From IMG/VR virus record IMGVR_UViG_3300028145_000137, positions 1 through 46,304 of that record: a stretch of 46,304 bases of DNA; one strand, 5' to 3'. The first letter of the stretch is position 1. Every line of letters begins with the position of its first letter. The DNA comes from a virus. Its lineage: Duplodnaviria; Caudoviricetes. The notes under the pieces were generated by a model, which was given only the letters and a program-made list of their open reading frames with translations, did not search any database and was not told the origin of the DNA. The translations under genes were made by a program, and so were the position numbers. Positions 18,099 through 26,964 of the stretch are shown piece after piece.

Positions 18099-18386
18099 AT
18101 GAAACACACACAAGGACCTTGGCGCACCGGAGATCGATTCAATACAGTGTTTGGGCCACCGAACGGGACTCCATCCCCACAGACGATAGCGACTGTGGCA
18201 AAGGGTAATGAAGCTAATGCCCGACTGATTGCGGCGGCGCCCGAACTGCTAGAGCAGTTCGAACAAGCGATGATTGTGTTGGAAGCTGTGAATAGTAAAG
18301 GTGCGCAGGATACGGCGTTCATCATGAAGTGCCGAGCAGTGATTGCTAAAGCTAAGGGGGGAGGAAAAGGACAGTTAAGTAGCTAA
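18099..18386 (+). CDS. Phage early protein (HTxGPW / ANARLIAAAPELL type)
   Basis: MKHTQGPW...ANARLIAAAPELLE; AAGGAG RBS. Confidence 0.75.
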   Translation: MKHTQGPWRTGDRFNTVFGPPNGTPSPQTIATVAKGNEANARLIAAAPELLEQFEQAMIVLEAVNSKGAQDTAFIMKCRAVIAKAKGGGKGQLSS

Positions 18387-18486
18387 GTAGAGTGCATATG
18401 GCCGGCAATCTGTGCGGAAAGTCACAAAAAAGAGTGAATTTTGCGCACTTTGCCGGCTTTGTATGTGGTTGATTATATTAACATAG

Positions 18487-18828
18487 TCAGATGATCAAAG
18501 TTCAGGTGATCATCCCTGACCCATTGAATGAGCATCTGAATGAGCATCTGAGCTAAGTCATTGATTATAAACAGAATATGTATAAAATATCTAACGTAAA
18601 AAGGTTCAGGTGATCATATTCTATGTGGTGAACACCTGACATTTGGCTTCATAGTGGGTGTTGCAGTGCGGGATAAGTGGGGGTGGGCCACTAAGGCATT
18701 TTAGAAGTAGGTGCTGTGGGGCTACGAAGTTGGAAAAAGCTCAGATGCTCATGATTTTGCGTTTTGGCTCAGATGATCATCTGAAAAAGCTATTGGGGCA
18801 TAGCAATATGAGGGGCAATGCGTTGATT
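18487..18828. repeat. Iteron-like repeat cluster TCAGRTGHTCA with IHF sites; candidate replication origin
   Basis: Forward copies at 18487, 18502, 18606, 18741 and 18769; reverse copies at 18529, 18541, 18629 and 18774. IHF consensus on the minus strand at 18554-18566 and 18816-18828. AT-rich core about 18555-18625. Confidence 0.7.
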
Positions 18829-18830
18829 TG

Positions 18831-19790
18831 TTACATGGTTGTTGAATCGGGGAGCACCCAAAGCCATTGACGGCCGATTTGTCTTTTTTCGACACCTAGA
18901 AGGTCGGCTGCACGACGCAGCGTCATGGGGGAGATGTTGTAGGCAACGCTGTTGTTTTGGATGTCGGTGGCGGCGCGGGGGCCACTGGAGAGGGACATAA
19001 GGAGGTAGGCTTTCGCGTCGTCTATCTTGAGACCTGCGTTGGTGAGGTCGCCGGCTGTAGAGTCGTTGTAGCCAGACCATACGAAACGGCCTGCGTGATC
19101 GTCATCAAGGATTTGGTAGGCGAAGGACTTGCCTAGACGGGCGCCATTGGACTTGATGTGCGCGACCCCACAGGAGATGCCATCGCCGGTCGAACCGGCT
19201 AGAAGGACGCTTCTGCAAGCTCCTGTGATGTCTATGCTGCCTTGACCGCGATATTTGATGTTGTCGTTGTTGGCCTTCGATAAGTGGCGAGCAATGACGA
19301 TTGCGCAGTTGTGCTTCTCGGCGATGTCCTTCAGTTCAGTGAGAACTTTGCGGGTGTGGTTGGCTTGGTTCATGTTGATGGTGGCGCCTAGGTAGCCGGC
19401 AAGAGGGTCGATTGTGACTAGGGTGGGTTTGAGATCGGTGACGGCGGCGCCGATGATGCGAGCGCCACGTGTGTCATAGCATGGAGCTGTGGCGAACATA
19501 TGGATGCGGTCAAGGTCGACGGGGGTGAATGCGCCGACGCGGGGGCGGATGGTGTCGGCGATGTCGTCTTCTGCGTTGGCGATGATGGTGGATTGGGGGC
19601 CGCAGGCGGCGGGGGTGCCGTCTGGTAGGAGGCCGATGCTAAGGTTGGCGGCGAGGGCGGCCAGGAGCCAGGATTTGCCGATGCCGGGGTCGCCTTCAAG
19701 GCATGTGACTTTGCCGAGTGCTATGTAGGGTTTCCAGAGCCAATTGATGTCGCGAGGAGCAATGTCGGAGAGACGAAGGATGCGGGACAT
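18831..19790 (-). CDS. RepA-like AAA_25 / SF4-type helicase with a short C-terminal winged-helix-like domain
   Basis: INWLWKPYIALGKVTCLEGDPGIGKS (Walker A), AEDD, LVTIDPL (Walker B), IARHLSK, GSIDITGACRSV. Likely start MSRIL at 19790; the frame is open to 19910. Confidence 0.85.
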   Translation of the reverse strand: MSRILRLSDIAPRDINWLWKPYIALGKVTCLEGDPGIGKSWLLAALAANLSIGLLPDGTPAACGPQSTIIANAEDDIADTIRPRVGAFTPVDLDRIHMFATAPCYDTRGARIIGAAVTDLKPTLVTIDPLAGYLGATINMNQANHTRKVLTELKDIAEKHNCAIVIARHLSKANNDNIKYRGQGSIDITGACRSVLLAGSTGDGISCGVAHIKSNGARLGKSFAYQILDDDHAGRFVWSGYNDSTAGDLTNAGLKIDDAKAYLLMSLSSGPRAATDIQNNSVAYNISPMTLRRAADLLGVEKRQIGRQWLWVLPDSTTM

Positions 19791-19971
19791 ATAGGAAGAT
19801 GTAGGGAATAAGAAGGTTAGCGGGAACGGCCGGAAGAATAATTGTAGCTGGGTGCGAGGAAGGGGTATAGAACTCTTGGGCATATGAAGGGCGGCACATG
19901 GATGCGACAAAATCTAACGTGCTGCGGGCAGAATGTGTAATGTAGAAACATCGAACGGAATGGGAGGAAAG

Positions 19972-20376
19972 ATGGCTAAGCGAGCAAATAAACAGGAGGC
20001 TGGGCGAGCGAAACGGCCGGTGGGACGGAATGTGTTTTGGCAAGCCGCAGGGCTGATTGAAAGGTATGGGTGGACGCAGCGGCGCGCGGGGGATAAGGAG
20101 CAAGGGTATTGCATGATGGGGGCGCTTTGGAGGACGAATAGGCTGGGCGGTCTGTGGGAGACGAAGGAGGGAACGGAGGTTGTGTGTAACCAATTGTCCT
20201 TGGCACAGCCGTTCGTCTTCGTTGGCCTGCAGCCATATCATCTACGATATCGATTAATCAACATCAATGACTACTATCTAAGCAATCCAACAGAGGCGAT
20301 TGTGTTCATGTCGCTGCTGGCGTGTTTGATGGATGATGCGCAAGCTGAAGTGGGTGCGAAGGGTGCGAAGCGATGA
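19972..20376 (+). CDS. Hypothetical protein, DUF6197-like
   Basis: AAGLIERYGWTQ...GYCMMGAL motif; GGAGG RBS. Confidence 0.6.
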   Translation: MAKRANKQEAGRAKRPVGRNVFWQAAGLIERYGWTQRRAGDKEQGYCMMGALWRTNRLGGLWETKEGTEVVCNQLSLAQPFVFVGLQPYHLRYRLININDYYLSNPTEAIVFMSLLACLMDDAQAEVGAKGAKR

Positions 20377-20765
20377 AGCGGACGAAGGCAGAGCAGAAGG
20401 TGGCGCAGAAGTTCCGGCATCAAGATGCTGCGTTTGCCGGGGCGGCGGAGGAGATTGCGAAAGTATTTGAGGCGGGGTATGAACGAGTTGTGGTGCCGGC
20501 AGAGAGTCTCCAGAAGGCGCGGGCCTTTAGGAGAGATTTCTACGCATTTAGGGCCGCACTCAAGGTGCATATGGCGCCGGGACAATTCACGCGGATATTC
20601 GAGGTCCAGGTAAGATTGGAGGAAGGGTGGGAGGCGACCCCCATGATGCATGGAGTGCCAAGAGCAGGGTGGAATGTGGTGCTGGAGCATAGGGATGCGA
20701 CACCGTTTGCGAAGGCGTGTGGGGAAGCGCGCGTGGCGGGGCCTGCAGTGAAGGAGGGGGAATGA
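20373..20765 (+). CDS. Hypothetical protein
   Basis: 130 aa; ATGA coupling. Confidence 0.6.
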   Translation: MKRTKAEQKVAQKFRHQDAAFAGAAEEIAKVFEAGYERVVVPAESLQKARAFRRDFYAFRAALKVHMAPGQFTRIFEVQVRLEEGWEATPMMHGVPRAGWNVVLEHRDATPFAKACGEARVAGPAVKEGE

Positions 20766-21040
20766 GCGCAAATACACGATGGGTGCAGTCGATAACGATA
20801 TTGCCGCCTACGCTGACAACGACGACGGGGGTTTGGAGGGCTGTTGCGGTGGTTGTGTTGAGTGATCCTGCGTTCGTGGAGTATGTGACTGTGCGGTCGA
20901 TGAAGAAGAGCACTGTGAGCGCCGAGGAGTGTCAGCGGGAGCTGCTGAAGGAGATCGGGGACTGGATTGTCAACCCCGGGGACTATGAGATAGACATGGA
21001 TGAATACAAAGTACCTCCTGGGCAGGAGGATAGGGGATGA
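20762..21040 (+). CDS. Hypothetical protein
   Basis: AGGAGG RBS; ATGA coupling; starts MSANTRWV. Confidence 0.55.
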   Translation: MSANTRWVQSITILPPTLTTTTGVWRAVAVVVLSDPAFVEYVTVRSMKKSTVSAEECQRELLKEIGDWIVNPGDYEIDMDEYKVPPGQEDRG

Positions 21041-21255
21041 AATTCTGCAAAGACTGCAGGCATTGCACAGAGCCGGAGAGTGAGTTCAGTACGTGCGGGC
21101 ATACGAAGGCGGTCAATGGGGCTGCGCTGGTGGATGGGAGGTATGTGGTGCTGGGGCGGCTGGAGTATCAGCAGGTGCAGTGTACGACGATGAGGAGTAG
21201 TGAGACGAAGTGTGGGGGAGAGGCGAGGTATTTTAGTCAACGGAAGGGAGTGTGA
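21037..21255 (+). CDS. Small Cys-rich phage protein
   Basis: MKFCKDCRHC...C...CTTMR...CGGEARYF. Confidence 0.7.
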   Translation: MKFCKDCRHCTEPESEFSTCGHTKAVNGAALVDGRYVVLGRLEYQQVQCTTMRSSETKCGGEARYFSQRKGV

Positions 21256-21256
21256 A

Positions 21257-21508
21257 ATGAATTGCGTGGAGAAGAAGATTGCGGAGTTTGAAGTGCACTG
21301 TGCCGAAGGGGGAGAAATTCCGGACGAAATGGCGTGGCAGTTGGTCTTCCTTGCCGGCCTGGCGGCAGGTAACTGGTTATGCATGGATGTAGGGGAAGCG
21401 GAAGTTTGGTTTGCTTGTGGTGAGGCGGCTGCGGTGTGGGAGAAGCAATTGAAAGCGTCTGATGGGGTGGAGGAAGGGCAGGCGCCAGGCGCAGAGGCTG
21501 CGCCATGA
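21257..21508 (+). CDS. Hypothetical protein
   Basis: GGAG RBS; acidic 83-aa ORF coupled to the nuclease gene. Confidence 0.5.
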   Translation: MNCVEKKIAEFEVHCAEGGEIPDEMAWQLVFLAGLAAGNWLCMDVGEAEVWFACGEAAAVWEKQLKASDGVEEGQAPGAEAAP

Positions 21509-22416
21509 CATTCGGGCGCCAATTCCCGCAGCATATCGATGCGACGCTCTGCGTCGAGTTCCTGCGATGCGAGCATAAGGCATTGAGGAAGTATATGGAG
21601 GGGCTGCATCAAGTGGAGAAGTCCACGGACTTGCATGCGGGGGGTGCGTTCGCGATGGGGTTGGAGGCGGCCAGGATGGCGCTTATGACAGGCGAAGGGG
21701 AAAAGGAGGCGCTGGAGATAGGAAAGGCTGTACTGGCGCAGGCTTATGGATCACACCAACCTAGGGAGGGGTCCGGGAAATCGAAAGGGAGGATGCTGGA
21801 TGCGTTTGAACTGTACGACAGTACATGGCCCCTTGCGCAGGAGAGGCTGATTCCTGGAGGGGTAGAGTACGCGTTCAAGGTGGAGCTGCCTCGGAGGCAT
21901 CCTGTGACTGGCGAAGCCCTCTACTACACAGGGAGGATGGATAGGGTGGAGGTGGAGATGCCGTCGCTGCTGGCGCCGGACGTGCAGCTTCTGATGCCGG
22001 GAGATGATAAGACCACGTCATCGTTCGGCTTCGGGTGGGTGAATTCGTGGGATATGTCGTTCCAGATGCTGGGGTATGCGTGGGCGCTGCAACAGCAAGG
22101 GTATGGGGTGGAGAGGGTGGGGGTGAGGGGGGTGGCCATACCGAAGACGGGGGCGCTAAGCGCGAAGGAAGTGTTTGTGCAGACGCCTGAGTGGCGGACG
22201 CAGCAATGGTATGAGGACATGATGGGCACGGTGGAGAGGATGTTGGAGGCGTGGAAGCAGGATCGATGGACAAGAGCATGGTCGAATGCTTGCAATGAGT
22301 ACACGGGGTGTGAGTTTAAGGCTGCGTGTATGGCGGGGCCGCAGAGCATAGCGGATAGGTTGTTGGCGCAAACGCACGCAATGCGTTGGTGGGACCCATT
22401 AAAGAGAGGGGGGTAG
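21505..22416 (+). CDS. PD-(D/E)XK exonuclease, Cas4/RecB-like
   Basis: VEYAF, YTGRMDRV, DDKTT, QMLGYAW; N-terminal Cys plus C-terminal CNEYTGCEFKAAC cluster. Confidence 0.85.
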   Translation: MTFGRQFPQHIDATLCVEFLRCEHKALRKYMEGLHQVEKSTDLHAGGAFAMGLEAARMALMTGEGEKEALEIGKAVLAQAYGSHQPREGSGKSKGRMLDAFELYDSTWPLAQERLIPGGVEYAFKVELPRRHPVTGEALYYTGRMDRVEVEMPSLLAPDVQLLMPGDDKTTSSFGFGWVNSWDMSFQMLGYAWALQQQGYGVERVGVRGVAIPKTGALSAKEVFVQTPEWRTQQWYEDMMGTVERMLEAWKQDRWTRAWSNACNEYTGCEFKAACMAGPQSIADRLLAQTHAMRWWDPLKRGG

Positions 22417-22420
22417 GGGG

Positions 22421-22696
22421 ATGGATGCGAAGACGAAGGAGATGGTGAACAAAGTGAATGCGCAGGCACAAGAGGAAGCGCGCCTGCAACAAACGGGAGT
22501 GTTGCAGAGGGTGCTTGAGGCGAAGTATGGGTATGAGGTGGCGGCGCAGTTGACGATGATTGCTGTTGCTGTTGTGAAGCTGTCGATGAAGACGAGTGAG
22601 GATGCACCTGCGATAGCACAGCATGTTGTCGCGCTTGTGCAGGCGTCATGGGATGAAGCAGGAGTGTTGATGGAGCGCCAGCCTAGGGAGGATTAA
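22421..22696 (+). CDS. Hypothetical protein
   Basis: 91 aa; starts MDAKT and contains ASWDEA, like the next ORF. Confidence 0.6.
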   Translation: MDAKTKEMVNKVNAQAQEEARLQQTGVLQRVLEAKYGYEVAAQLTMIAVAVVKLSMKTSEDAPAIAQHVVALVQASWDEAGVLMERQPRED

Positions 22697-22697
22697 G

Positions 22698-22967
22698 ATG
22701 GATGCGAAGACTGATGTGCGCTTGCGGGAGGTTATTGCATTGCAGGAGGAGATTGAGAAGAAGTATGGGGTGAAGTTCACCATGCGCCTCACGTTGCTGG
22801 CGGTGGATATTGTGACTGCGGCGCAGAGTGTGGGAGAGAGCACGATCCCGATCGCAGAGCTTGTGCATAAGTTGGTGCTGGCCTCGTGGGATGAGGAGAA
22901 GTGGCAGGCTGAGATAGCTGAGCGCAAGGCTGCGCAGGCGGACGCAGCGAAGGGAGAGAAAGGGTGA
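22698..22967 (+). CDS. Hypothetical protein, probable paralog of 22421-22696
   Basis: MDAKT start, KYG..., LT.(I/L)AV, ASWDE shared with the preceding ORF. Confidence 0.6.
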   Translation: MDAKTDVRLREVIALQEEIEKKYGVKFTMRLTLLAVDIVTAAQSVGESTIPIAELVHKLVLASWDEEKWQAEIAERKAAQADAAKGEKG

Positions 22968-23608
22968 GCACACCAATTATAGTGATGGGGGAGTCGGGCT
23001 CAGGCAAAACACGCAGCCTGCTCAACCTCAATCCAGCCACAACGCTGTTGGTGCAGGCGCTGGATAAGAAGTTGTCCTTCAAAAGTCCGGAGTGGAGGAA
23101 GTTCGATCCGGCGACGAAGGCCGGCAACATCTTCGTGACGGACGATGCGCAGCAGATCATGGCGCTCATGAAGGGGACGAAGCGGAAGGTGATTGTGCTG
23201 GATGACTTCCAATATGTGCTGGTCAATGAATTCATGCGCCGGAGCGATCAGAAAGGGTATGACAAGTTTAATGACATCGGGCGCAACTGTTGGGACATTC
23301 TCATGCTTGCGAATACATTACCTGAGGACGTGCGTGTGTACTTTATGTGGCATACGCAACTGGATGACTTCGGCAACACGAAGCCCAAGACAGTGGGGAA
23401 GATGTTGGATGATAAGGTGGTCATTGCGGGCATGGTGACCATATGTCTAAAGGCAGTGATACAGAGTGGGCGACACCTATTCACCACGCGGAACAATGGG
23501 GCAGATACGGTGAAGAGTCCTGAGGGGATGTTTCCCGAAGACTTCATCGAGAATGACCTCGCAATGGTGGACAAAGCGGTGTGTTCGTATTATGGGATTG
23601 CGCAATAG
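22964..23608 (+). CDS. Sak4-like AAA ATPase / single-strand annealing recombinase
   Basis: GESGSGKTRSL, IVLDDFQY, KGYDKF, KTVGKMLD, TVKSPEGMF...IENDL. Confidence 0.85.
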   Translation: MSTPIIVMGESGSGKTRSLLNLNPATTLLVQALDKKLSFKSPEWRKFDPATKAGNIFVTDDAQQIMALMKGTKRKVIVLDDFQYVLVNEFMRRSDQKGYDKFNDIGRNCWDILMLANTLPEDVRVYFMWHTQLDDFGNTKPKTVGKMLDDKVVIAGMVTICLKAVIQSGRHLFTTRNNGADTVKSPEGMFPEDFIENDLAMVDKAVCSYYGIAQ

Positions 23609-23674
23609 CGCAGCAAGGTAGCAGCGCAACGCAGGCTATCGATTGAGCAGTACTAACAGAAGAGGAGATGCAAA

Positions 23675-24265
23675 ATGAGTGGGTATGATTATGATGAAGC
23701 AGGACTTGAAGGTGCGGATGATGCAGCGTCCCGGTTGACTGAGAATGGTGCGTACGTGGGCACATTCACGCAAGTGGTGGGGGTTGTATCTGGGGAGAAG
23801 GGGACACATGGGCTGGAGTTTGAGTTCACTACACGCGCTGGGGATCGCACCAGGTTCAATCTGTGGACTAAGAAGGAGGATGGAACGAAGTTGTTTGGGA
23901 TGTCGATGCTGCAAGCGATGATGTTGTTGACAGGAGTGCGAAGGTTGGACCCGGTGAGCGCGAGTGTGAAGCGCTTCGGGGAGGAGGAGGAGGCTGAGAC
24001 GTATCCGGCGCTTTGTGGGAAGACTATTGGCTTGGTGCTGCAGAAGGAGTTGTACACGAAAGGGGATGGGCACGAGGGCCAGCGCATCAATCTGGTGGGG
24101 TCGTTTCATCCGGAGACGAAGATGACGTCCACGGAGATTCGGGATCGTGCATCGAAGCCTGAGAAGCTGGACAAGATGCTAAAGGGGTTAAAGACGAAGG
24201 ATGCGCGGCGCGCATCGAGAGCAGAGCCGGCTACGCCTCCTATTGCGGGTGCGGGGGACTTCTAG
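23675..24265 (+). CDS. Probable single-stranded DNA-binding protein
   Basis: Follows the Sak4-like ATPase. ENGAYVGTF, GKTIGLVLQKELY and a flexible tail ending in DF. Confidence 0.65.
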   Translation: MSGYDYDEAGLEGADDAASRLTENGAYVGTFTQVVGVVSGEKGTHGLEFEFTTRAGDRTRFNLWTKKEDGTKLFGMSMLQAMMLLTGVRRLDPVSASVKRFGEEEEAETYPALCGKTIGLVLQKELYTKGDGHEGQRINLVGSFHPETKMTSTEIRDRASKPEKLDKMLKGLKTKDARRASRAEPATPPIAGAGDF

Positions 24266-24368
24266 CCCTGCGCAAGCGCAGATGGGCAGGGAGGAGTGAA
24301 GCGCCAAGGGGTCTTCGCAACCCCTCCTCCCGCAGCTAAACGTCGTATGCTGGGTGCGAAATCGGCGT

Positions 24369-24396
24369 GGCGCTCCGGAGAGACGGAGGCTTTTTT
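24369..24396 (+). terminator. Intrinsic terminator candidate after ssb
   Basis: CTCCG-GAGAGA-CGGAG stem, extendable by GC with one bulge, followed by TTTTTT. Confidence 0.55.
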
Positions 24397-24421
24397 GGAC
24401 GCAACATTATGGGAGGAAGAG

Positions 24422-24676
24422 ATGAACAAAGACTTAGAATTTCATGCGCGTAGTATGCTGATGGCACAGTTGGCCTTAGTGCCTGAAAAGAGTCAAGAGC
24501 TATTCAAGCTCATGTATGGGCGACTGGGCGGGAAGCGCTCCGTTGCGGACACGAAGGCCATGTCCATTGAGGAAGTGGTTGCAGAGATGGAGGCCGAGAA
24601 ATTGGATTGGGCAATGACGCAGGTGGATAACACGATCGCGAAGCTGCCGCAGGCGCAGCAAGTAGAGGGAGGATGA
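24422..24676 (+). CDS. Hypothetical protein
   Basis: GGAGG RBS; QELFKLMY...EKLDWAMTQVDNT. Confidence 0.65.
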   Translation: MNKDLEFHARSMLMAQLALVPEKSQELFKLMYGRLGGKRSVADTKAMSIEEVVAEMEAEKLDWAMTQVDNTIAKLPQAQQVEGG

Positions 24677-24677
24677 A

Positions 24678-24971
24678 ATGCCAACAGTAGATAAGCAGTT
24701 TGCGGACAGGCTTATAGCGGCGAATGGGTACTACGTGAAGGGGGATGAGGATAACAGTTTCGGGGATAATCCTCGTGTGACTCGCATCGTGGAGTACGCC
24801 AATGAGTGGGGTACTAAAGCATACGGGGTCACATATGAGGGTGAGGACCAAATGCGATACCTGAGCCCTACTGATTACACTCAGAATCCGACCATCTATT
24901 GGGAGTATAAAGGGGAGGATGATGTTGGGGAGGACGTCCTCCCCACTCGAACCCCGCGCGTACGCGATTAG
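24678..24971 (+). CDS. Hypothetical protein
   Basis: GGAGG RBS; DNPRVTRIVEYANEWG..AYG. Confidence 0.65.
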   Translation: MPTVDKQFADRLIAANGYYVKGDEDNSFGDNPRVTRIVEYANEWGTKAYGVTYEGEDQMRYLSPTDYTQNPTIYWEYKGEDDVGEDVLPTRTPRVRD

Positions 24972-25018
24972 GGTAGCATGCTTTGTAGATGGTGGCGAGT
25001 CGATAATGGAGGTGCACA

Positions 25019-25288
25019 ATGGATTGGGCAACAGCAAAGAAAGTGTGGAAGATATGGGAATCCCACAGCACATGCTGCAATGATTGTGTCTACTATCGGC
25101 ATCAGTACGCAACGATGTGGGAGCCCGCGGATGAGGTGTGCAGGGTGCTGGATGAGGCGCGTGGGTTTGATAGATGTCCTGGGCTGGTGGATGACGCGGA
25201 AGTGGCAGGCGCTGGAGAAGACGCAGTGAGCGATGCAGATGGCGCAGTAAACAACAACGACAAGGAGGCAACAAATGGACCAGAGTGA
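25019..25288 (+). CDS. Hypothetical Cys-containing protein
   Basis: GGAGG RBS; CCNDC...C...CPG; acidic tail. Confidence 0.5.
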   Translation: MDWATAKKVWKIWESHSTCCNDCVYYRHQYATMWEPADEVCRVLDEARGFDRCPGLVDDAEVAGAGEDAVSDADGAVNNNDKEATNGPE

Positions 25289-25709
25289 AATGGATAGGAT
25301 GCAGGACCCCCGAGCAGTGCAGCTTGAAAACCTGCGGAGGCTGGCGGGCATATTGGAAGGGCTCAAGCCGGAGCAGTACACACAATTGTACTACTACAAT
25401 GATAGTTTTCCTGACCGACCTGCAACAGGCTGCGCATGGGGATGGTATGTAAAGGAGGCAATCGCCAAGCCGGGTGAGGATGCCTACACACTTATGCTGG
25501 ATGGTTACGACTCCGCAGATGAAATATTCGGCGTTGATTTTGCCGAGTTCCAATTGCTGTTCTTCGGCGGCGTAGGCTCATACGGCAACAAAGATCGCAC
25601 CCTCGCGCAGCAAATCAACCTTGTGCGGGGCGTGATTCGGGGGCATGAGATGCTGTTTGAGGCCGATGCGCAGACGCTGCATGAGATGCTGGCTCAAGCT
25701 CCCATATGA
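25275..25709 (+). CDS. Hypothetical protein
   Basis: AGGAGG RBS; NLRRLAGIL...TGCAWGW. Confidence 0.6.
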   Translation: MDQSEMDRMQDPRAVQLENLRRLAGILEGLKPEQYTQLYYYNDSFPDRPATGCAWGWYVKEAIAKPGEDAYTLMLDGYDSADEIFGVDFAEFQLLFFGGVGSYGNKDRTLAQQINLVRGVIRGHEMLFEADAQTLHEMLAQAPI

Positions 25710-25945
25710 CCGAAGACGACCGAAAAGTTAAACTGGATCGAGCCCGCGCACGGCATGGCAAGCCGTTCGTGACTGAGCTGCCTGTGCGGCGCTTGACCGA
25801 GGATAGTGGTTATCTACGCAGACTGAAAGGAGTGAAGCATGTTGACGACAGCGCGGGGGAAGTTGATAGCATTCGGAGTGTCGACTCTGCTGGGGATAGT
25901 GGTGGGTTTCATTCTGGCGTGGGCAACGGACGCAGGCGCACATGA
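25706..25945 (+). CDS. Hypothetical protein
   Basis: ATGA coupling upstream; the 3' part overlaps the next ORF by 107 nt. Confidence 0.4.
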   Translation: MTEDDRKVKLDRARARHGKPFVTELPVRRLTEDSGYLRRLKGVKHVDDSAGEVDSIRSVDSAGDSGGFHSGVGNGRRRT

Positions 25946-26234
25946 GTTAACGCCTGATGAGTGTGCGATGCAGACGCTTCGCGCAATTGGGATATTGAAT
26001 ATCAGGGCAGAGCCGGGCTTCGATCCAGCGAAATTCAAGCGCGAGCTACGAGAGTACTACAAGGAGAAGTGCAGCAAGGGCATCTCCGAGTGCTGGGACA
26101 AGGATGATGAGGACCTCAACCGATCCCTTGCGATGTTTGATATGCTGGTGAAGCCATTGACGCCGGAGAGGGTCATAGGGGAGGTATATCAGGCATGCAT
26201 GGAGCGGTGGAGGACGGTGGAGCGCAAGAAGTAG
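25839..26234 (+). CDS. Putative secreted or membrane-anchored protein
   Basis: AAGGAG RBS; hydrophobic N-terminus ending in an AGA signal-peptidase-like site; four Cys. Confidence 0.6.
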   Translation: MLTTARGKLIAFGVSTLLGIVVGFILAWATDAGAHELTPDECAMQTLRAIGILNIRAEPGFDPAKFKRELREYYKEKCSKGISECWDKDDEDLNRSLAMFDMLVKPLTPERVIGEVYQACMERWRTVERKK

Positions 26235-26272
26235 ATGTGATGCTGCGCTTTGACAAACAGGAGGGGTAGAAA

Positions 26273-26509
26273 ATGCATACATATAAAACAGATTGGTCTG
26301 CAGTATTCGCTGCCGCAATGACGAAATTGGGCGTAGAGGAAATATCGTTATCCCATGAAGAAATTCAGGCGCACCTAGACTCTGGCCCCTTTCAACAGGT
26401 GCTAGTGGTGCGACGCGAGCCCGGTGAGTACCGCTTTCAGTTGATGCCCTGCATAGATGCTGAAGCACTTGTGGCGCTTGCGGAGACACCTACGGAGGGG
26501 GCTGCATGA
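26273..26509 (+). CDS. Hypothetical protein
   Basis: AGGAGG RBS; 78 aa. Confidence 0.55.
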   Translation: MHTYKTDWSAVFAAAMTKLGVEEISLSHEEIQAHLDSGPFQQVLVVRREPGEYRFQLMPCIDAEALVALAETPTEGAA

Positions 26510-26530
26510 TGCGAAGGGAGGTAAAACAGA

Positions 26531-26698
26531 ATGCCTACAAAGGAAGAGTGGCTTGAGCTTCGACTCTGGGCTTTGGAAATGCGCCTTGCGGATATCGTCG
26601 AAGCTCGCAAGAAGAGTCGCGAAGACCTGCGAGAAACTCGCGCCAGGATAGCAACTGTTAAGCGCGCATTACGGAAGATTGCTAAGCAAGCGTGCTGA
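26531..26698 (+). CDS. Small basic coiled-coil protein (55 aa); absent from the ORF track
   Basis: GGAGGT RBS; MPTKEEWLELRLWALEMRLADIVEARKK...KQAC. Confidence 0.55.
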   Translation: MPTKEEWLELRLWALEMRLADIVEARKKSREDLRETRARIATVKRALRKIAKQAC

Positions 26699-26712
26699 AG
26701 GGGAGGTGCGTG

Positions 26713-26964
26713 ATGTTCACAGTCGAAATCACATGGCCCGGTAATTGGCATATCCTGGCCACAGGGGCGACGCGGGATGATGCAGAGGCGAATGTGCTGG
26801 CGAAGATTCGCAGCGCGAGGGTGAGGCCTCTATGTCCGCAGGGCCGCAGGGCCATGGCGAAGTATGTGGAGACGGCTGTGGATGCGTATGGGGCGCCCTT
26901 CATAAGGCAGCAATGGGTGGAGGAGTGGAAGTTGGGTGCAGAGTCGAAGAGGGCGAAGAGATGA
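26713..26964 (+). CDS. Hypothetical protein
   Basis: GGAGGT RBS; starts MFTVEITW. Confidence 0.55.
   Translation: MFTVEITWPGNWHILATGATRDDAEANVLAKIRSARVRPLCPQGRRAMAKYVETAVDAYGAPFIRQQWVEEWKLGAESKRAKR

Noticed and set aside
18487-18784. CRISPR array
   Set aside because: The repeats are 11 bp, irregularly spaced and in both orientations.
21505-22416. CRISPR-Cas locus suggested by the Cas4-like nuclease
   Set aside because: No cas1/cas2 and no repeat-spacer array were seen. The context is a Sak4/SSB recombination module.
24289-24375. glmS or HDV/theta ribozyme
   Set aside because: AGCGCCA resembles the glmS start but GACGAGG is absent. The HDV-like stem order has an over-long P3 and no correctly placed C-(G/A)-A junction.
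26250-26280. Sigma70 promoter at TTGACA
   Set aside because: No acceptable -10 hexamer at 16-18 nt spacing.
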